From Naegleria gruberi (Eukaryota), in the NCBI GenBank assembly GCA_000004985.1, contig GG738870.1: a stretch of DNA of 64,000 nt; one strand, given 5' to 3'. A program made the translations under genes and the position numbers. This document shows positions 45,244 to 56,408 of the stretch, one piece after another. The stretch's first letter is position 1. Each line of letters begins with the position of its first letter. The notes below the pieces were generated by a model. That model had not been told where the DNA came from. It ran no database searches and was given only the letters and a program-made list of their open reading frames with translations.

Positions 45244-45754
45244 ATGGCAACTTGGTCATCAGGTTTATTTGACTGTGTTGATGATACAAACTCGTGCATG
45301 TATTCATTTGTTTGTACTCCTTGTGCAATGGCAAATGCTAAATCACATGTTGATGGATCTTTTTGGATTTTCAATTGTTTGATATCAACTTTCATTCCAT
45401 GTATTGCTTCACCTGCTTATAGACATACAATTAGAAGTAGTTACGGAATCAAGGTTTGTGTTATTCTTCTTGTTACATTCCGATAGAAATTTTAATTTTT
45501 ATTCGAATGTTGTTTTTTATTCGAAATTTGTGTGATGGAAATTTGTATTTAAATATATTATAGGGAAATATTACTAATGATTGTGCTACTGGAGTGATTT
45601 GTTCGTGTTGTTCAACAGCTCAACTTTTGAGAGAAGCTCAAGGTTAGTAGTTTGATGAAATATTTATTTATTCGAAAATTTGGATAAACTAATGTAATGC
45701 GATGTTGTTTTTTTGGATATAGCAAGAGGACCAAGTACATATTCCATGTTCTAA
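45244..45754 (+). CDS. PLAC8 (FW2.2/cornifelin-like) cysteine-rich domain protein. Three exons: 45244..45453, 45564..45642 and 45723..45754.
   Basis: WSSGLFDCVDDTNSCMYSFVCTPCAMA ... NDCATGVICSCCSTAQLLREAQ. Introns start with GTTTGT and GTTAGT, end with TATAG, and keep the frame. Confidence 0.7.
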
Positions 45755-45940
45755 TTTGATGATGTTTTGAATATTATAATAAATTTATTTTATTAAAGTT
45801 TAGTTTTCACCATTTTGGAAATAATTAGAACGATATTTAGGTTTTGAAAAGGAAATATAAATTGGCAGAGGTATTTGATTTAGAAAACTCTTTATTTCAA
45901 AATTGTTGTTTCTTCAAAAAGGTTTACAAAACATGTGATA

Positions 45941-48730
45941 TTACATTCCATTACTACTTATTGAACTTGCAGTGTTTCCACTACTTGCACTACTACTTGC
46001 ACCATCTGATTGATTCTTCAATGCAACTCTATAGGCCAAGTGTAACCAAGGAGTGTAGAGATTCTCACCACTCATTGAGCTCAATTCAAAGTAGAGCATA
46101 TTGTTGGTGAAGAGTTTGATTCTGGAACCACCATAGGAATGAAGGAATTGAGTGATTCTTTCGTTGGATATTTTAGGTTCCAGATCAGATTTCAATCCAC
46201 AAACGAACACGTAAATATCCTCATTTTGTAAGCACTTTTCAAATAGATTTCTATTTTCTAACAAGTTAAGCTCTGGTGATTTGGTTGCTTGTTGTTTGAA
46301 AATGTACTTGTCGAATAGCTGTAACATATCATCGAATGATTCTGGTCTACTCAAATCAAAACAGAGCATGATTGCTTTGCAAACTTTCAAATAGAGTGGA
46401 ATTAAATTAAGGAATCTTTTCATACCAGAAGTGTCCCATACACTCAGAGAAATGATTGGATTGTACCTTGTCATGATATAGCTGTCAGCCTCTGATGAAA
46501 TTGAATCATCATCTTCCTGAATTTCTGCTGTACCCGTTGGTGTTGGCAAATTAACTTTCACATGTTTCATCAAGTAGGTAGCGCCAATAGTTGATTCAAT
46601 ATATTCAATCTTTTTCACTCGACTTCTATGTTCTACTGTATCTAAATGATTTGAGATGGCCTCCTTCAACATGTAGACCCAAGAGGATTTTCCAGAGGTA
46701 GAATCACCAATGAGACAGACCTTAATTTCGATCATACTCAATCGATATTCTAAACTTTGTGTATTTACATTGTTATGGAATGCACAATAGTTCATCCATG
46801 GTCCATTTCTATAACCCTTATAGATGGATTTATAGATATTCTTCCAACTACTTAGAACCATGGTTGTTTTTTCCTGTGAGAATGGTGAACTCTCTATCAA
46901 CTCTCTGAGGGTAATGTGATCGATGAAGGATGATCCTTGTTTCTTCTCTCTGTCATCAAAGGTTTCAGCAAATTCTGAACTGCTACTCAAATCTGACATA
47001 CTCAAGTTATTGAGATTGTATGGATAGCTAATCCACAACAATGGATGTTCTGTCCAAATGTAGTGGAAAGATCTGCTGACACGACTCAGGTCAATCAAAT
47101 CTGGAGCTGATAGATAGGATAATATGTGGAACATGATTTCATATGGTACGCTCTCTTCGAGTTGACTCAATGAAATCGATCTTTTACCAAAATCACAATT
47201 ATCCTTCCATCCACCATATTCAAAACGAGCATTTAACACTTTTGAATAGCATTCTCTTCTACATTCTCGAGGGGATTTTGGGATCTTCTTTTCTGATGAT
47301 TTCAAATCGTGTGGGCTGGTCTTCTTTTCTGATGAGGGTGTTGGAGTTTTTGGAGTGGTAGTAGAGGGGTTAAGAGTTGTGGAGATTGCAGAATCAGATC
47401 GAAGGGGAGTAATTGGAGTGGGATTATAATTTGAATTCATGGAAGGAGAAAGAAGGTATGAATTCTGTTGAGTGGAAGAAGAAGGAGATTGAGAGGAACC
47501 AAACATGAGGAATGCTCTTCCTCTTGGTCTTTGAAAAGAATTTGGGGAGGACAGGTAATTGGAAGAGGCGATTGAAGTGGAAGGAGAGCCGAGTGTGGTA
47601 TTGGCCAAAGACGACATGATCATTGTTTCATTTGAGATTACAGTGGAGGAGGTTGTCAAGGTGGTACTCACAAGAGAGGGCATTGTAGTGGCTGAGGCAC
47701 CTGTTGTTTCTACAGTGGAAGTGCTACAGCTTGGTGATATTCCTTTTTTACCCATGATCTCTCGTTTCTCATCAGAATTGGATTGAATTTGTCGGGGTGA
47801 TGATTTGGTTGGTTGCTCGCAATGTATAAAATAATCGTCGTCTATTATTTGTGGATCTGATTCCTCTTCATACTCATCATCATTATATTGAGCTATGAAG
47901 GGAATTACTGTTTTTGGAGGAGAGAGTCTCTTATTCACAACAACTGATTCAAACATTGAGAAGGCAATTTCATAAAATTGTGGATCATTTTCTGGATCCA
48001 AATGTATGGTCCAATCAAAGTTTTCCTTTTCAAAATATGAATCAATCAATTGATGCATTCTTCTATTATAATAGTCGTAGTGAGATTTTGGATACAGGCT
48101 CAAACATTGGTGATCAGCGTGATGATGCACAATTTCACCAATATCATTTTTAGAAATTATAGCACTATCATCCATGTGGCTTCTCAAATAATTCCTCGAA
48201 GTTCTGAATGATGTAAAAACCCCAGCACTTGAATCAACTCCTGTTCTACTTGTTGTTACATCTGTATCTTCTTCTCCAATCAGATCTTGTCCAAAGTCCC
48301 TTCTTGAAAAAGAAGTGGCCAGCAAAGTCAACCCAGGACCTCCTTTCTTTTTAATTTCTCTTCTCTTTGATTGGATATCCATTCCACTACTCGTTGTTGG
48401 TGTAGATTGTTGTTCATTCACTAGTCCTCTATTTTCATTATTCGTTGATGATAACATGTTGATTCCTTGAGGAGTTGAAGGTTGTTGTTGTGGTGAATTA
48501 TTCATCCCTGTTGCTTGATTTTTTCTGTACATTTGATTAACTCGTAAGCTTCCATAATATGATCCTTTAGAAGGACTATTGGCTGATGAATTTAACTGAT
48601 CATTGTTCATAATGATCGGTGATGAAGATGGATTATTGGAAGGATGGGGTGTTGGTATCGATGAAACTTCTTTACTTTCATCATCCTGGGAATTTGAACC
48701 AGAAAGTGCTGATGATCCGTGTTGTCCCAT
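45941..48730 (-). CDS. Large protein combining an S/T/N-rich N-terminus, an F-box and a divergent Ras/Rab-like GTPase domain.
   Basis: F-box IMFHILSYLSAPDLIDLSRVSRSFHYIW. G-domain motifs are G1 KVCLIGDSTSGKS, G3 WDTSGMKRF, a G4-like VCGLKSDL and a G5-like SSMSG. 929-aa uninterrupted ORF. Confidence 0.6.
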   Translation of the reverse strand: MGQHGSSALSGSNSQDDESKEVSSIPTPHPSNNPSSSPIIMNNDQLNSSANSPSKGSYYGSLRVNQMYRKNQATGMNNSPQQQPSTPQGINMLSSTNNENRGLVNEQQSTPTTSSGMDIQSKRREIKKKGGPGLTLLATSFSRRDFGQDLIGEEDTDVTTSRTGVDSSAGVFTSFRTSRNYLRSHMDDSAIISKNDIGEIVHHHADHQCLSLYPKSHYDYYNRRMHQLIDSYFEKENFDWTIHLDPENDPQFYEIAFSMFESVVVNKRLSPPKTVIPFIAQYNDDEYEEESDPQIIDDDYFIHCEQPTKSSPRQIQSNSDEKREIMGKKGISPSCSTSTVETTGASATTMPSLVSTTLTTSSTVISNETMIMSSLANTTLGSPSTSIASSNYLSSPNSFQRPRGRAFLMFGSSQSPSSSTQQNSYLLSPSMNSNYNPTPITPLRSDSAISTTLNPSTTTPKTPTPSSEKKTSPHDLKSSEKKIPKSPRECRRECYSKVLNARFEYGGWKDNCDFGKRSISLSQLEESVPYEIMFHILSYLSAPDLIDLSRVSRSFHYIWTEHPLLWISYPYNLNNLSMSDLSSSSEFAETFDDREKKQGSSFIDHITLRELIESSPFSQEKTTMVLSSWKNIYKSIYKGYRNGPWMNYCAFHNNVNTQSLEYRLSMIEIKVCLIGDSTSGKSSWVYMLKEAISNHLDTVEHRSRVKKIEYIESTIGATYLMKHVKVNLPTPTGTAEIQEDDDSISSEADSYIMTRYNPIISLSVWDTSGMKRFLNLIPLYLKVCKAIMLCFDLSRPESFDDMLQLFDKYIFKQQATKSPELNLLENRNLFEKCLQNEDIYVFVCGLKSDLEPKISNERITQFLHSYGGSRIKLFTNNMLYFELSSMSGENLYTPWLHLAYRVALKNQSDGASSSASSGNTASSISSNGM

Positions 48731-49016
48731 TTCTAATAATTTCGAATAAACTTTCCAATACTCTGAATTTCAATGAAAAATCTAACTAATAATACACAAT
48801 ACAATATTATTGCAAATATAAAACACTCGTGTCACTATTAAACAATATATTGTAATCCCTTGTTCCGTCTTGTTCTTTAGCTTTCCAAACAAGAACAAAT
48901 ATTCAAACTCTATCTTAACCAACAACAATATCTCAAAAGTGTTGAATATTATTATTGCTTAACTAAATATTAATGTTAATATTAATAATATTTAATGATG
49001 ATGATGGTGATCGGGG

Positions 49017-49146
49017 CAGCAAATAAACGCAGAAGAAGAAAAACCAAACGCGCGCTGCTGTGGCGGTAAAAGAAAATTCTGTGTTTTCTTTCGAGTCGCT
49101 TTGCGTTCGTGCACAGAGTTCGAAGGTGAGCGCTTTTTTTTTTTTC
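49017..49146 (+). promoter_or_regulatory. Conserved upstream module A: CAGCAAATAAACG, then ...CGCGCGCT, then an A-rich TATA-like box, then TGTTTTCTTTC, ending in an oligo-T run. A homologous module B lies at 58303..58430.
   Basis: A and B share CAGCAAATAA[AG]CG, CG[CT]GCGCT, TAAAAG/TAAAAAAAG and TGTTTT[CG]CTTTC in the same order. Both end at CGC-T5+. Confidence 0.3.
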
Positions 49147-50032
49147 AGTTTCGTTATGGACAAGACATTTGATGCTGGCTGGTGAAATAATTGATCAAAT
49201 GTTTCTTGGTTTGCCTTAGTGTTGACAAATTTGATTAATCTGACTGTGTGAGGCTTGGAGGAAAAAGAAAGATATTGGTGCACTTGGCAGAAGGGTTTGA
49301 TTCGATTGTTGAGGTTATTGGTGAAATGTGGCATTATGAATGGGAGCAAGATGATGTGATTTAATTGATAGAATTAAACATGCCAATAGTTGCTGGAGTA
49401 TACATATGTTGTTCAGTCTCTATTGCTAGTTTGTATTGTTTTGAACATGATGTAATGGCAAATAAGCAATGATGGGCACCAGTACTGGTGCTTTACCATC
49501 TACATTAGTAATCACATGTGCTGTTGCTTACTCATGTAATTTCATCAATCGTTGGGTGTATAATACATGTTACATGTAAATGAATTAATTATGGCTTAAT
49601 ACTATGTTATTGGTTGTTTATTGATTTTTTTGTTGAATGTGGGCATCTATGCCATGTGCATGTTTGAGTAATGTTGTGTGGAGAGTATACACTCTTGCAA
49701 ATTGATGCGTTTCATTGAACTGGAGTTTTTTCAAAAATGTTCAAAATAGGATGACTCAAATATCAAAGTTTGCTCAATTGTAAATCATTGAGAGCATTGG
49801 GATTCTAAATCAACTGATTATTAAGGGTCAAAATTGTACAAATAAGAACAATAATGGAATTTTTGAAAATGCAACGAATTTAACAACGTTTCAAAACGCA
49901 TGTAATGATTCAAGTGCTTGACCATGCTCACCAAATTTTCAAAGCCCATAATAAAAGAATTAAGCCTTTGTTGAAACGCTCTTTCCATGTGTTTCTGTCT
50001 CATTTACAACCCATTTTTAATTTGAATGTGAA

Positions 50033-50113
50033 GCAGGGGTTCCCGAGTGGTCAAAGGGGGTAGACTCAAGTTCTACTGCGCAAGCTTCGTGGGTTCAAAT
50101 CCCACCTTCTGCA
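50033..50113 (+). tRNA. tRNA-Leu (anticodon CAA), a class II tRNA with a long variable arm.
   Basis: GCAGGGG acceptor stem pairs with CTTCTGC. D-arm TTCCCGAGTGGTCAAAGGG. Anticodon stem GTAGA/TCTAC with loop CTCAAGT. T-arm GTGGGTTCAAATCCCAC. T-rich tract downstream. Confidence 0.85.
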
Positions 50114-50564
50114 ATTTTGTTTTTGATTTTTCTGCTTGTCCTTTTTTTAATATTTAAATATTATCCGATAGTATTTGTTGTAGCCTATATATCATGTTTG
50201 AATGAAACCATGAAGATATATGTTCATCGAGAAAATAGCCTCAGATTGAATACCTTCAGATTTGCCCTATTTTTTCAGCAAAAACAAAATCATCCCTTTA
50301 ATACCAAACTCTTCAGAATTTCAAAACATGTGTTTTTATCGATCAACCTTCATGCACAACATGAACAATTCTATGAGTGTAACATTCAACAAAAAAATAC
50401 AGAGATATTAATGTAACAAGGAACCATTCGATGATCTTGTAAAAACCACGAATTTCCTTTCCATATTTATACCTGTGAAAAAACAAAAGTGGAATGAATT
50501 GATCAAAAGAGAAAATTAGAAGCCTAAATGATAAATCTCACACAATAACCACAACAACAAAAAA

Positions 50565-52916
50565 ATGAATTCATACGAAAGTTTAAAAACTATTCGAATC
50601 CCTGTGGAGGTGAAGAAGCACGTTTCTCATGGATCAACAGCTTCTACCAACACATCACTAGAAGATCAAATAGTTCACCAACTAATGAATTACAGTGAAG
50701 ATGCCGTTGTAAAGGGCTACCTTTCCCTCCACGTGCCACTTCCACCTAATCTTGTAAATTATTCGAAAGATTTCTCAACCGATCCACAAACTTTAGAACA
50801 ATTCATGAGTGATTCCAATCCAAGAATTGAAACTTGTAAGCCACGCCATCAAGATAGACAACACCAACATGAAATTAAGAGAGTTTCTGCATCGATCAAG
50901 AGCCAAGTTGAAAAACAAAGTCAACCAGAAAACAAGGTTGACAAAAGTCAATGGATTGCCAGGGCAATGAAGAGAAATCCACATATATTGGCTTTATTGG
51001 AAAGGTCTCGTCCACTGAATAATCAACCATCCCTATCAATGATCAAACCAAGACAATCATCAACAAATTCTAGTCAACCGACAAGTGAAACTAATTCTCC
51101 AAGAAGTACTGCCTCTCCAACAGTTGCCACTGATCACAATCCAGGAGGAACTGTTAATATGGATCTACTCTCTTCAAAGGGAAGAGATTCAATGAAGTCA
51201 TCACTCACAGAATCACCAAACTCTAGCTCTCATAATTTGCTCAAGTACATGTCAGCTGTTCAAGTTGACCAACAGATTGTGACCAATATTGAAGAAAAGA
51301 AGAGCATTTTAGACTATTCCACCTTCTTGGGAACTGTTGAAAATAAGGAAGTTCTCCCTCGTGAAGGATTACTTCAAATCATTTATCAATTCATGGCTCA
51401 GAAAGGTTATTACAATACCATTAAGGAAATGGAAAAGGAAACTGGTATAAAATATAATGGTTTCAGATCTGAGAAGGCTTCTAATAGGGATACTCTGATG
51501 GAAACTCTACTAAGTCTCGGAATTCAAGATGCTGAAAATCCATATCAATTACCACCTTCAGATTTTGTGAATGTTAACAAAGATAGTGAGATTCCAACGG
51601 CAAGCATTCATCATCATTACGATCCAAAGTTCGTCAAGGAAATGCAAATACCATTGTGGGAAGAGTTAGCTCAATCTGATGAAGATTCAATTGTAATGGA
51701 GGGAAAGGAAGTCAAAGCAGCAACCCTTAATAGACTGATTGAAATGGTGACAAGCACTGAAGCAGATACCAAGATTGGAATTCAAAGTTTCTTGGTGACT
51801 TATCGTTCTTTCACTGATCCTGGAATTCTTTTGAAGAAATTATGTGAAAGATATCAAGTTCCAAATCGTATTCCATCCAGTGAGAGAATTCAGATCCAAT
51901 TGAGAACTAGTGCTGTTTTCATCAAATGGATTGAAGATTACTTCTCATGGGATTGGAATGATAACATGATTTATGAATTCTTGCTATTCATTGACAAGTA
52001 TATTATGAAAGATAAGAAAATTGTGGGAGACAAACTCAAACAGAAATTAGCTCAAAAATTAGTTTTCAAGAGTAAGGACAATACTCTGGTATTTAGTGAA
52101 CAGTTTATTTATCCAGAGGTTCCAAAAAATGTATTCTCTTCCAAGTTATCTATTTGGGATATTAAGGATGAAGAGTTGGCAAAGCAATTGACATTTATGG
52201 ATCATAACATTTATAGAAATATTGAACCACATGAATTGTTGGATTGTGCTTGGTCAAAGGCAAATCTTAGACATAGAGCAAAGAATATTCTTCAATCCAT
52301 TTCGTATGTAGAAACCCTATCAAATTGGTTAGAATGTCAAATTGTAAGAGAAGAATCTTTGAGAGAAAGAAAGATGAAACTTTCCAGATTGATGAAACTT
52401 GCCATTCTCATGAACAAGCTCAACAATTTCAATTCTCTAATGGCACTGTCTTCCACCTTCAACAAATCCTCAGTACATCGTCTCAAATTTACAATTGCAG
52501 AAATAGACGAAACTCTAAAAAAGGAATTTGATGAAGCCATTGCCATTGTCGATCCAAAGAAACAGAAAAACTATTCCACTCTTCGTAATCACATCAAGAA
52601 AGTTGCCAAACCTCCACTAAATGTCTTCCTAGGAGTTTATCAAACCGATCTCATCATGATTGAGGAAGGAAATCCTGATTTCACATCCAATTCCAATGAA
52701 AGAACATTAATTAATTGGAAGAAGAGAAGATTAGTAGCAACTACCATATCAGAAGTGATGGATTTCAAGAATCCACCGTATAACATTAGACCAGTTCAAC
52801 AAATTCAAGAATTATTGAGGACAACTTTTGAAAATCATGACATTACTGATGTGTATGATATTTCAATGCAAGTTGAGCCTAGAAATACTGTTAGAAAAGA
52901 AGATTTAGTTCCATAA
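50565..52916 (+). CDS. Ras guanine-nucleotide exchange factor with a LisH motif, a RasGEF N-terminal domain and a CDC25-type catalytic domain. Single exon.
   Basis: LisH-like LLQIIYQFMAQKGYYNTIKEMEKETG. RasGEF-N LNRLIEMVTSTEADTKIGIQSFLVTYRSF. Catalytic motifs LTFMDHNIYRNIEPHELL...NNFNSLMALSSTFNKSSVHRL...PLNVFLGVYQTDLIMIEEGNPD. Confidence 0.8.
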   Translation: MNSYESLKTIRIPVEVKKHVSHGSTASTNTSLEDQIVHQLMNYSEDAVVKGYLSLHVPLPPNLVNYSKDFSTDPQTLEQFMSDSNPRIETCKPRHQDRQHQHEIKRVSASIKSQVEKQSQPENKVDKSQWIARAMKRNPHILALLERSRPLNNQPSLSMIKPRQSSTNSSQPTSETNSPRSTASPTVATDHNPGGTVNMDLLSSKGRDSMKSSLTESPNSSSHNLLKYMSAVQVDQQIVTNIEEKKSILDYSTFLGTVENKEVLPREGLLQIIYQFMAQKGYYNTIKEMEKETGIKYNGFRSEKASNRDTLMETLLSLGIQDAENPYQLPPSDFVNVNKDSEIPTASIHHHYDPKFVKEMQIPLWEELAQSDEDSIVMEGKEVKAATLNRLIEMVTSTEADTKIGIQSFLVTYRSFTDPGILLKKLCERYQVPNRIPSSERIQIQLRTSAVFIKWIEDYFSWDWNDNMIYEFLLFIDKYIMKDKKIVGDKLKQKLAQKLVFKSKDNTLVFSEQFIYPEVPKNVFSSKLSIWDIKDEELAKQLTFMDHNIYRNIEPHELLDCAWSKANLRHRAKNILQSISYVETLSNWLECQIVREESLRERKMKLSRLMKLAILMNKLNNFNSLMALSSTFNKSSVHRLKFTIAEIDETLKKEFDEAIAIVDPKKQKNYSTLRNHIKKVAKPPLNVFLGVYQTDLIMIEEGNPDFTSNSNERTLINWKKRRLVATTISEVMDFKNPPYNIRPVQQIQELLRTTFENHDITDVYDISMQVEPRNTVRKEDLVP

Positions 52917-53268
52917 ATGTTTCAAAATAAACATGCTTTACAATTTATTGGAAAGAGTTTCATTTTGTAAAGAATTTCAAAAATAACTGTAGAAGAAAGA
53001 GAACTTGTTGTAAACATGCATAAATAGAGTGATCAAAGAGGTGCATACCAAGTTATTATAATGTCCCTTCACCTCATAGAGATTTCCAATTTAGTAATGA
53101 TTACAATTTTCAAAGAAAATCATTTCCCAAAAATAATAGAAACGAATGTGCCATTCTTTTTTTGCGATTCTATCAATGTTCTATTTCTTTGCATTGTTCC
53201 TAATTGTTCTCTTCACAAAAACATTCTTAAAGATTAGTTTGGCTATTCGAAATTAATCAATCAAAAAA

Positions 53269-54396
53269 TTGTTCACAACCAAGATGCAACCATTCGGTGT
53301 GGACAGAACAAACGTCAAGAAAATTGCATATCTGATTGGCTGTTTGTTTCTTCTACTTTCTTTCATTGTAGAATCATCACATGCAAAATCCTATTCAATT
53401 AAATCACTTTCGTCCGAAGTTTACATTCGTGGTGGAGGTGACTGTGCTTTGGATATTGTAGAATATTTCGATTATGAATTCGTTGGATCTTATTCAAGGA
53501 TTGGAAGAGTTCTTTGGTCCAGAATTCAATATGCATATGATGTTTCTGTAACTTTACTTTCGAATAATGCAACGTATAGTATGAGGACATCTATTGAAAC
53601 AATTAATTACTATGATTATATTGTCATGTATTTGAGTCCTTCAACTCCACCAACTGAAACTACAAGAATTTCATTCAAACTTTCGTATACAATTGTACCA
53701 AACACGTATTCTTCAAAATTTATCACCAAATTCATTAATATTGGTGGATTTAATGAAACAAGATATGATATTGATTATTATTATAACAATGCAGAATCAC
53801 CTATTGAAACACTCATTTCCACTTTCATCTTTAGTCCAACAATTTCCTTCAGAAAATATCCTCAACCTGATTCTTTCGAATATGGAATGGCGGTCGATAA
53901 TAGAACTGTTCGAAACCTCAACAAGAATGTTTCAATCCTCTATTCAACAGTCAACTTTCTTCCATCCACTTTACAATTCGATAATTGCTCCACAATAGTT
54001 GACATGAAATATCCAACTCCCGCCAAATCTTCCCGCCAATCAGGAACTACCTTAATACCATTCGAAATATTTGCAATTGTTGCAGGATCATTGGCAGGTT
54101 TTATTTGTATCGTTCTTGCAATTGGTTGTGGAATTGCTTCAAAATATAAGAATCAAGAGACGAAACATCTCAGTTGGTTTGAGTATCTAAAGAAAGGTGC
54201 ATGTTGTACATTATTTGGTGGTGGTGGTGGAGGTGGAAATAATGGTGGAGGAGATGATAGAGGATCAACTGGATATACTTCATTTAATGATAATGATTGT
54301 TCGAATTCTAATTCGAATAATTGGGATTCTGGTGGTGGTGGAGGAGGCGGTAATGATTCGGGAAATAATTGGGGAGGATCTGGATTTGCTGATTAG
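53269..54396 (+). CDS. Type I membrane glycoprotein with a signal peptide, one TM helix and a Gly/Asn-rich cytoplasmic tail.
   Basis: Signal-like N-terminus. TM helix IPFEIFAIVAGSLAGFICIVLAIGCGIA. Tail GGGGGGNNGGGDD...GGGGGGGNDSGNNWGGSG. Many NxS/T sites in the ectodomain. Confidence 0.5.
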   Translation: MFTTKMQPFGVDRTNVKKIAYLIGCLFLLLSFIVESSHAKSYSIKSLSSEVYIRGGGDCALDIVEYFDYEFVGSYSRIGRVLWSRIQYAYDVSVTLLSNNATYSMRTSIETINYYDYIVMYLSPSTPPTETTRISFKLSYTIVPNTYSSKFITKFINIGGFNETRYDIDYYYNNAESPIETLISTFIFSPTISFRKYPQPDSFEYGMAVDNRTVRNLNKNVSILYSTVNFLPSTLQFDNCSTIVDMKYPTPAKSSRQSGTTLIPFEIFAIVAGSLAGFICIVLAIGCGIASKYKNQETKHLSWFEYLKKGACCTLFGGGGGGGNNGGGDDRGSTGYTSFNDNDCSNSNSNNWDSGGGGGGGNDSGNNWGGSGFAD

Positions 54397-54490
54397 AAAA
54401 TTCAATAAATATCTCAATTAAATTGTAATGATTTTTCCTTGTGTTTCTTATTCTTCTTTGAAAGATGACATGTGACTTTAGTCAAAAAAA

Positions 54491-55933
54491 ATGCATCTAG
54501 ACCAAGACATGGACATTCCCTCTATCTCTTCTCCTTCTTCAACTCAAGCAGCCTCCACATTCCTAGGATCTCTTCCCGATCCTAATGCAATGACCAGAAA
54601 ATCAGTGCTGGCCATTGTGAAAGGAAAATTCACATCTTGCACAAAACATCTTCAGAGAACAATAATACAAAACGAAAGGACGAGGAAATTTATTCGAAAA
54701 TCGAAAGAATTTATTGAATTTGCTGGCGAATTTTCAAGAAAGGACTTGTTGGAGATTGTGTGGAAAAAGTGGAAATTGGCAGTTTTGTGTTTTTTATTTG
54801 GAATATTAATTGGATTCTTCTTTTTGAGTCATGACACAAGAGTTGAGGAGGATTTGACAGATGCCAGAATGAAAAATACTCTTTCATTTCCTTTACCTGA
54901 TGGATTTGATGAAAAGAAAACGACACAGGATAATTTTGACCTGTTGAGACATTTTTACTTGTCCTATTCGAGACATTTGTTGAATTATGAAGGCGGACAT
55001 TTGGATGTTTTTGATACATCTGTGAAATCAATTAAGGATATTGAACCATCACTATTATTTAAGAATTTTACATTGAAAAGTAAGCCAGTTGTTTTGAAAG
55101 AGTTTGGAATTGGTTGGAGAGCTAAAAGAGAATGGTACAAGGTTGACTATTTGAAGAGTTACAAACAGGAGGAAATGTACAGTGTAGAAAAGAACAAGAA
55201 TGGAATTTTCCATGAATTGAATATTGAGAATGCTAAATTTGAAATGATGGTAAGTTGGAAATCACAAGATTGAATTTACTGAAACGATGAAAGAATTTCA
55301 AAAAATTTGTGGAACAATCAGTCAAATACAAGTTGCTTCTCTCGGTTGACCTTTCAAAGTTACCACATTTACAGCATGACATTCCAAAATGGCCAACTGT
55401 TGTTTCAAATGGTTTCTACACTCACATCTCCACTCATTCTCTCATTACCACTGGAAAAACAACTAGATTGTTAAAATCGAGTAAGTAATCTTTCTACTCC
55501 AAATTATTGAATCAATTTTAATAGATAATTACGAAACTATTCAATGCCAAATCGTTGGAAAGTCTGAACTACTTTTATTCGATCCATTCCAAGTTGATTT
55601 GTAAGTAGAATTTCAACTAGAATTTCACACAACAAATTATTAACAAGACTTTATCCACATGAAAGTTATCCTAATCATGTCCGATTCAATCCATACAGTC
55701 CAGATGAGAAGAAGTACCCTCTCTCTCGATTTGCACGACCTCTCAAAACCCAATTGAGTGAAGGTGATTGTCTCTTTATTCCATCCTATTGGTTCTATTC
55801 AGTTCAATCAAATTCTGATTTGGGATCCAATCATCTCAATCCATCTGATTTTAATATTGTTGTTGAATATTACTATTCGACCATTAGCAATGCTCACAAA
55901 GTCTCATATGAATCAATTCTCAGAGGCCAATAA
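54491..55933 (+). CDS. JmjC (cupin-like) domain protein. Multi-exon, with exons around 54491..55273, about 55376..55480, about 55563..55600 and about 55650..55933.
   Basis: PVVLKEFGIGWRAKREW in exon 1. The C-terminal JmjC strand is GDCLFIPSYWFYSVQ. GTAAGT donors at about 55484 and about 55601. A TM-like segment follows the N-terminus. Confidence 0.5.
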
Positions 55934-56084
55934 TCATTCTTGTAATATACTCTATATTTGGAAATTTACCAAACCATCCAAATTTCCAAAATAGACAATT
56001 TCCATTCCACCCCTATAAATTTCCATTCAAATTTCCAATACACTGCCACTTTACTTTATAAAAAACTCCAAAAATCAAATTAAA

Positions 56085-56408
56085 ATGGTCAAGACAGATC
56101 ACATTAAATACATTGATGACTACGATAAGAAACATGCACCAACAGATCATGTTTTCCACCCCACCACAAAGAGAGAACTTCGTCGAATGAAACAATCTCA
56201 AAGTTTGTGGGGAAATATTGGGGAAACACTCACAAGCACATTGAAGAATGTTCCACTTGTGGGAGAACAAGTGGAATCTCAACAGAAAATGTGGGAAGAA
56301 TCCAACTTGAAACAGGAAAGATTGAAAGGTGATAATAATATTGGATGGGGTGGCATTACACTTGAAGATACAGTGTTTAATAAGTTGTTTAATGAGACTG
56401 AATATTAG
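56085..56408 (+). CDS. Small hypothetical protein of 107 aa.
   Basis: ATG-initiated ORF with coding-like composition. No domain recognised. Confidence 0.4.
   Translation: MVKTDHIKYIDDYDKKHAPTDHVFHPTTKRELRRMKQSQSLWGNIGETLTSTLKNVPLVGEQVESQQKMWEESNLKQERLKGDNNIGWGGITLEDTVFNKLFNETEY

Noticed and set aside
45049-45680. Recurring TTATTCGAA(A/T) motif in the flanks and introns of the PLAC8 gene
   Set aside because: Short, AT-rich and frequent elsewhere in the window (for example 54700, 63846). Not distinguishable from background composition.
48216-48240. TGTAAAAACCCCAGC inside the F-box/GTPase CDS resembling the Tc1/mariner-type MITE terminal inverted repeat
   Set aside because: It is a single 14-nt partial match with no inverted partner or TA duplication, and it sits in frame within coding sequence (VDSSAGVFT). 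Most likely coincidence.
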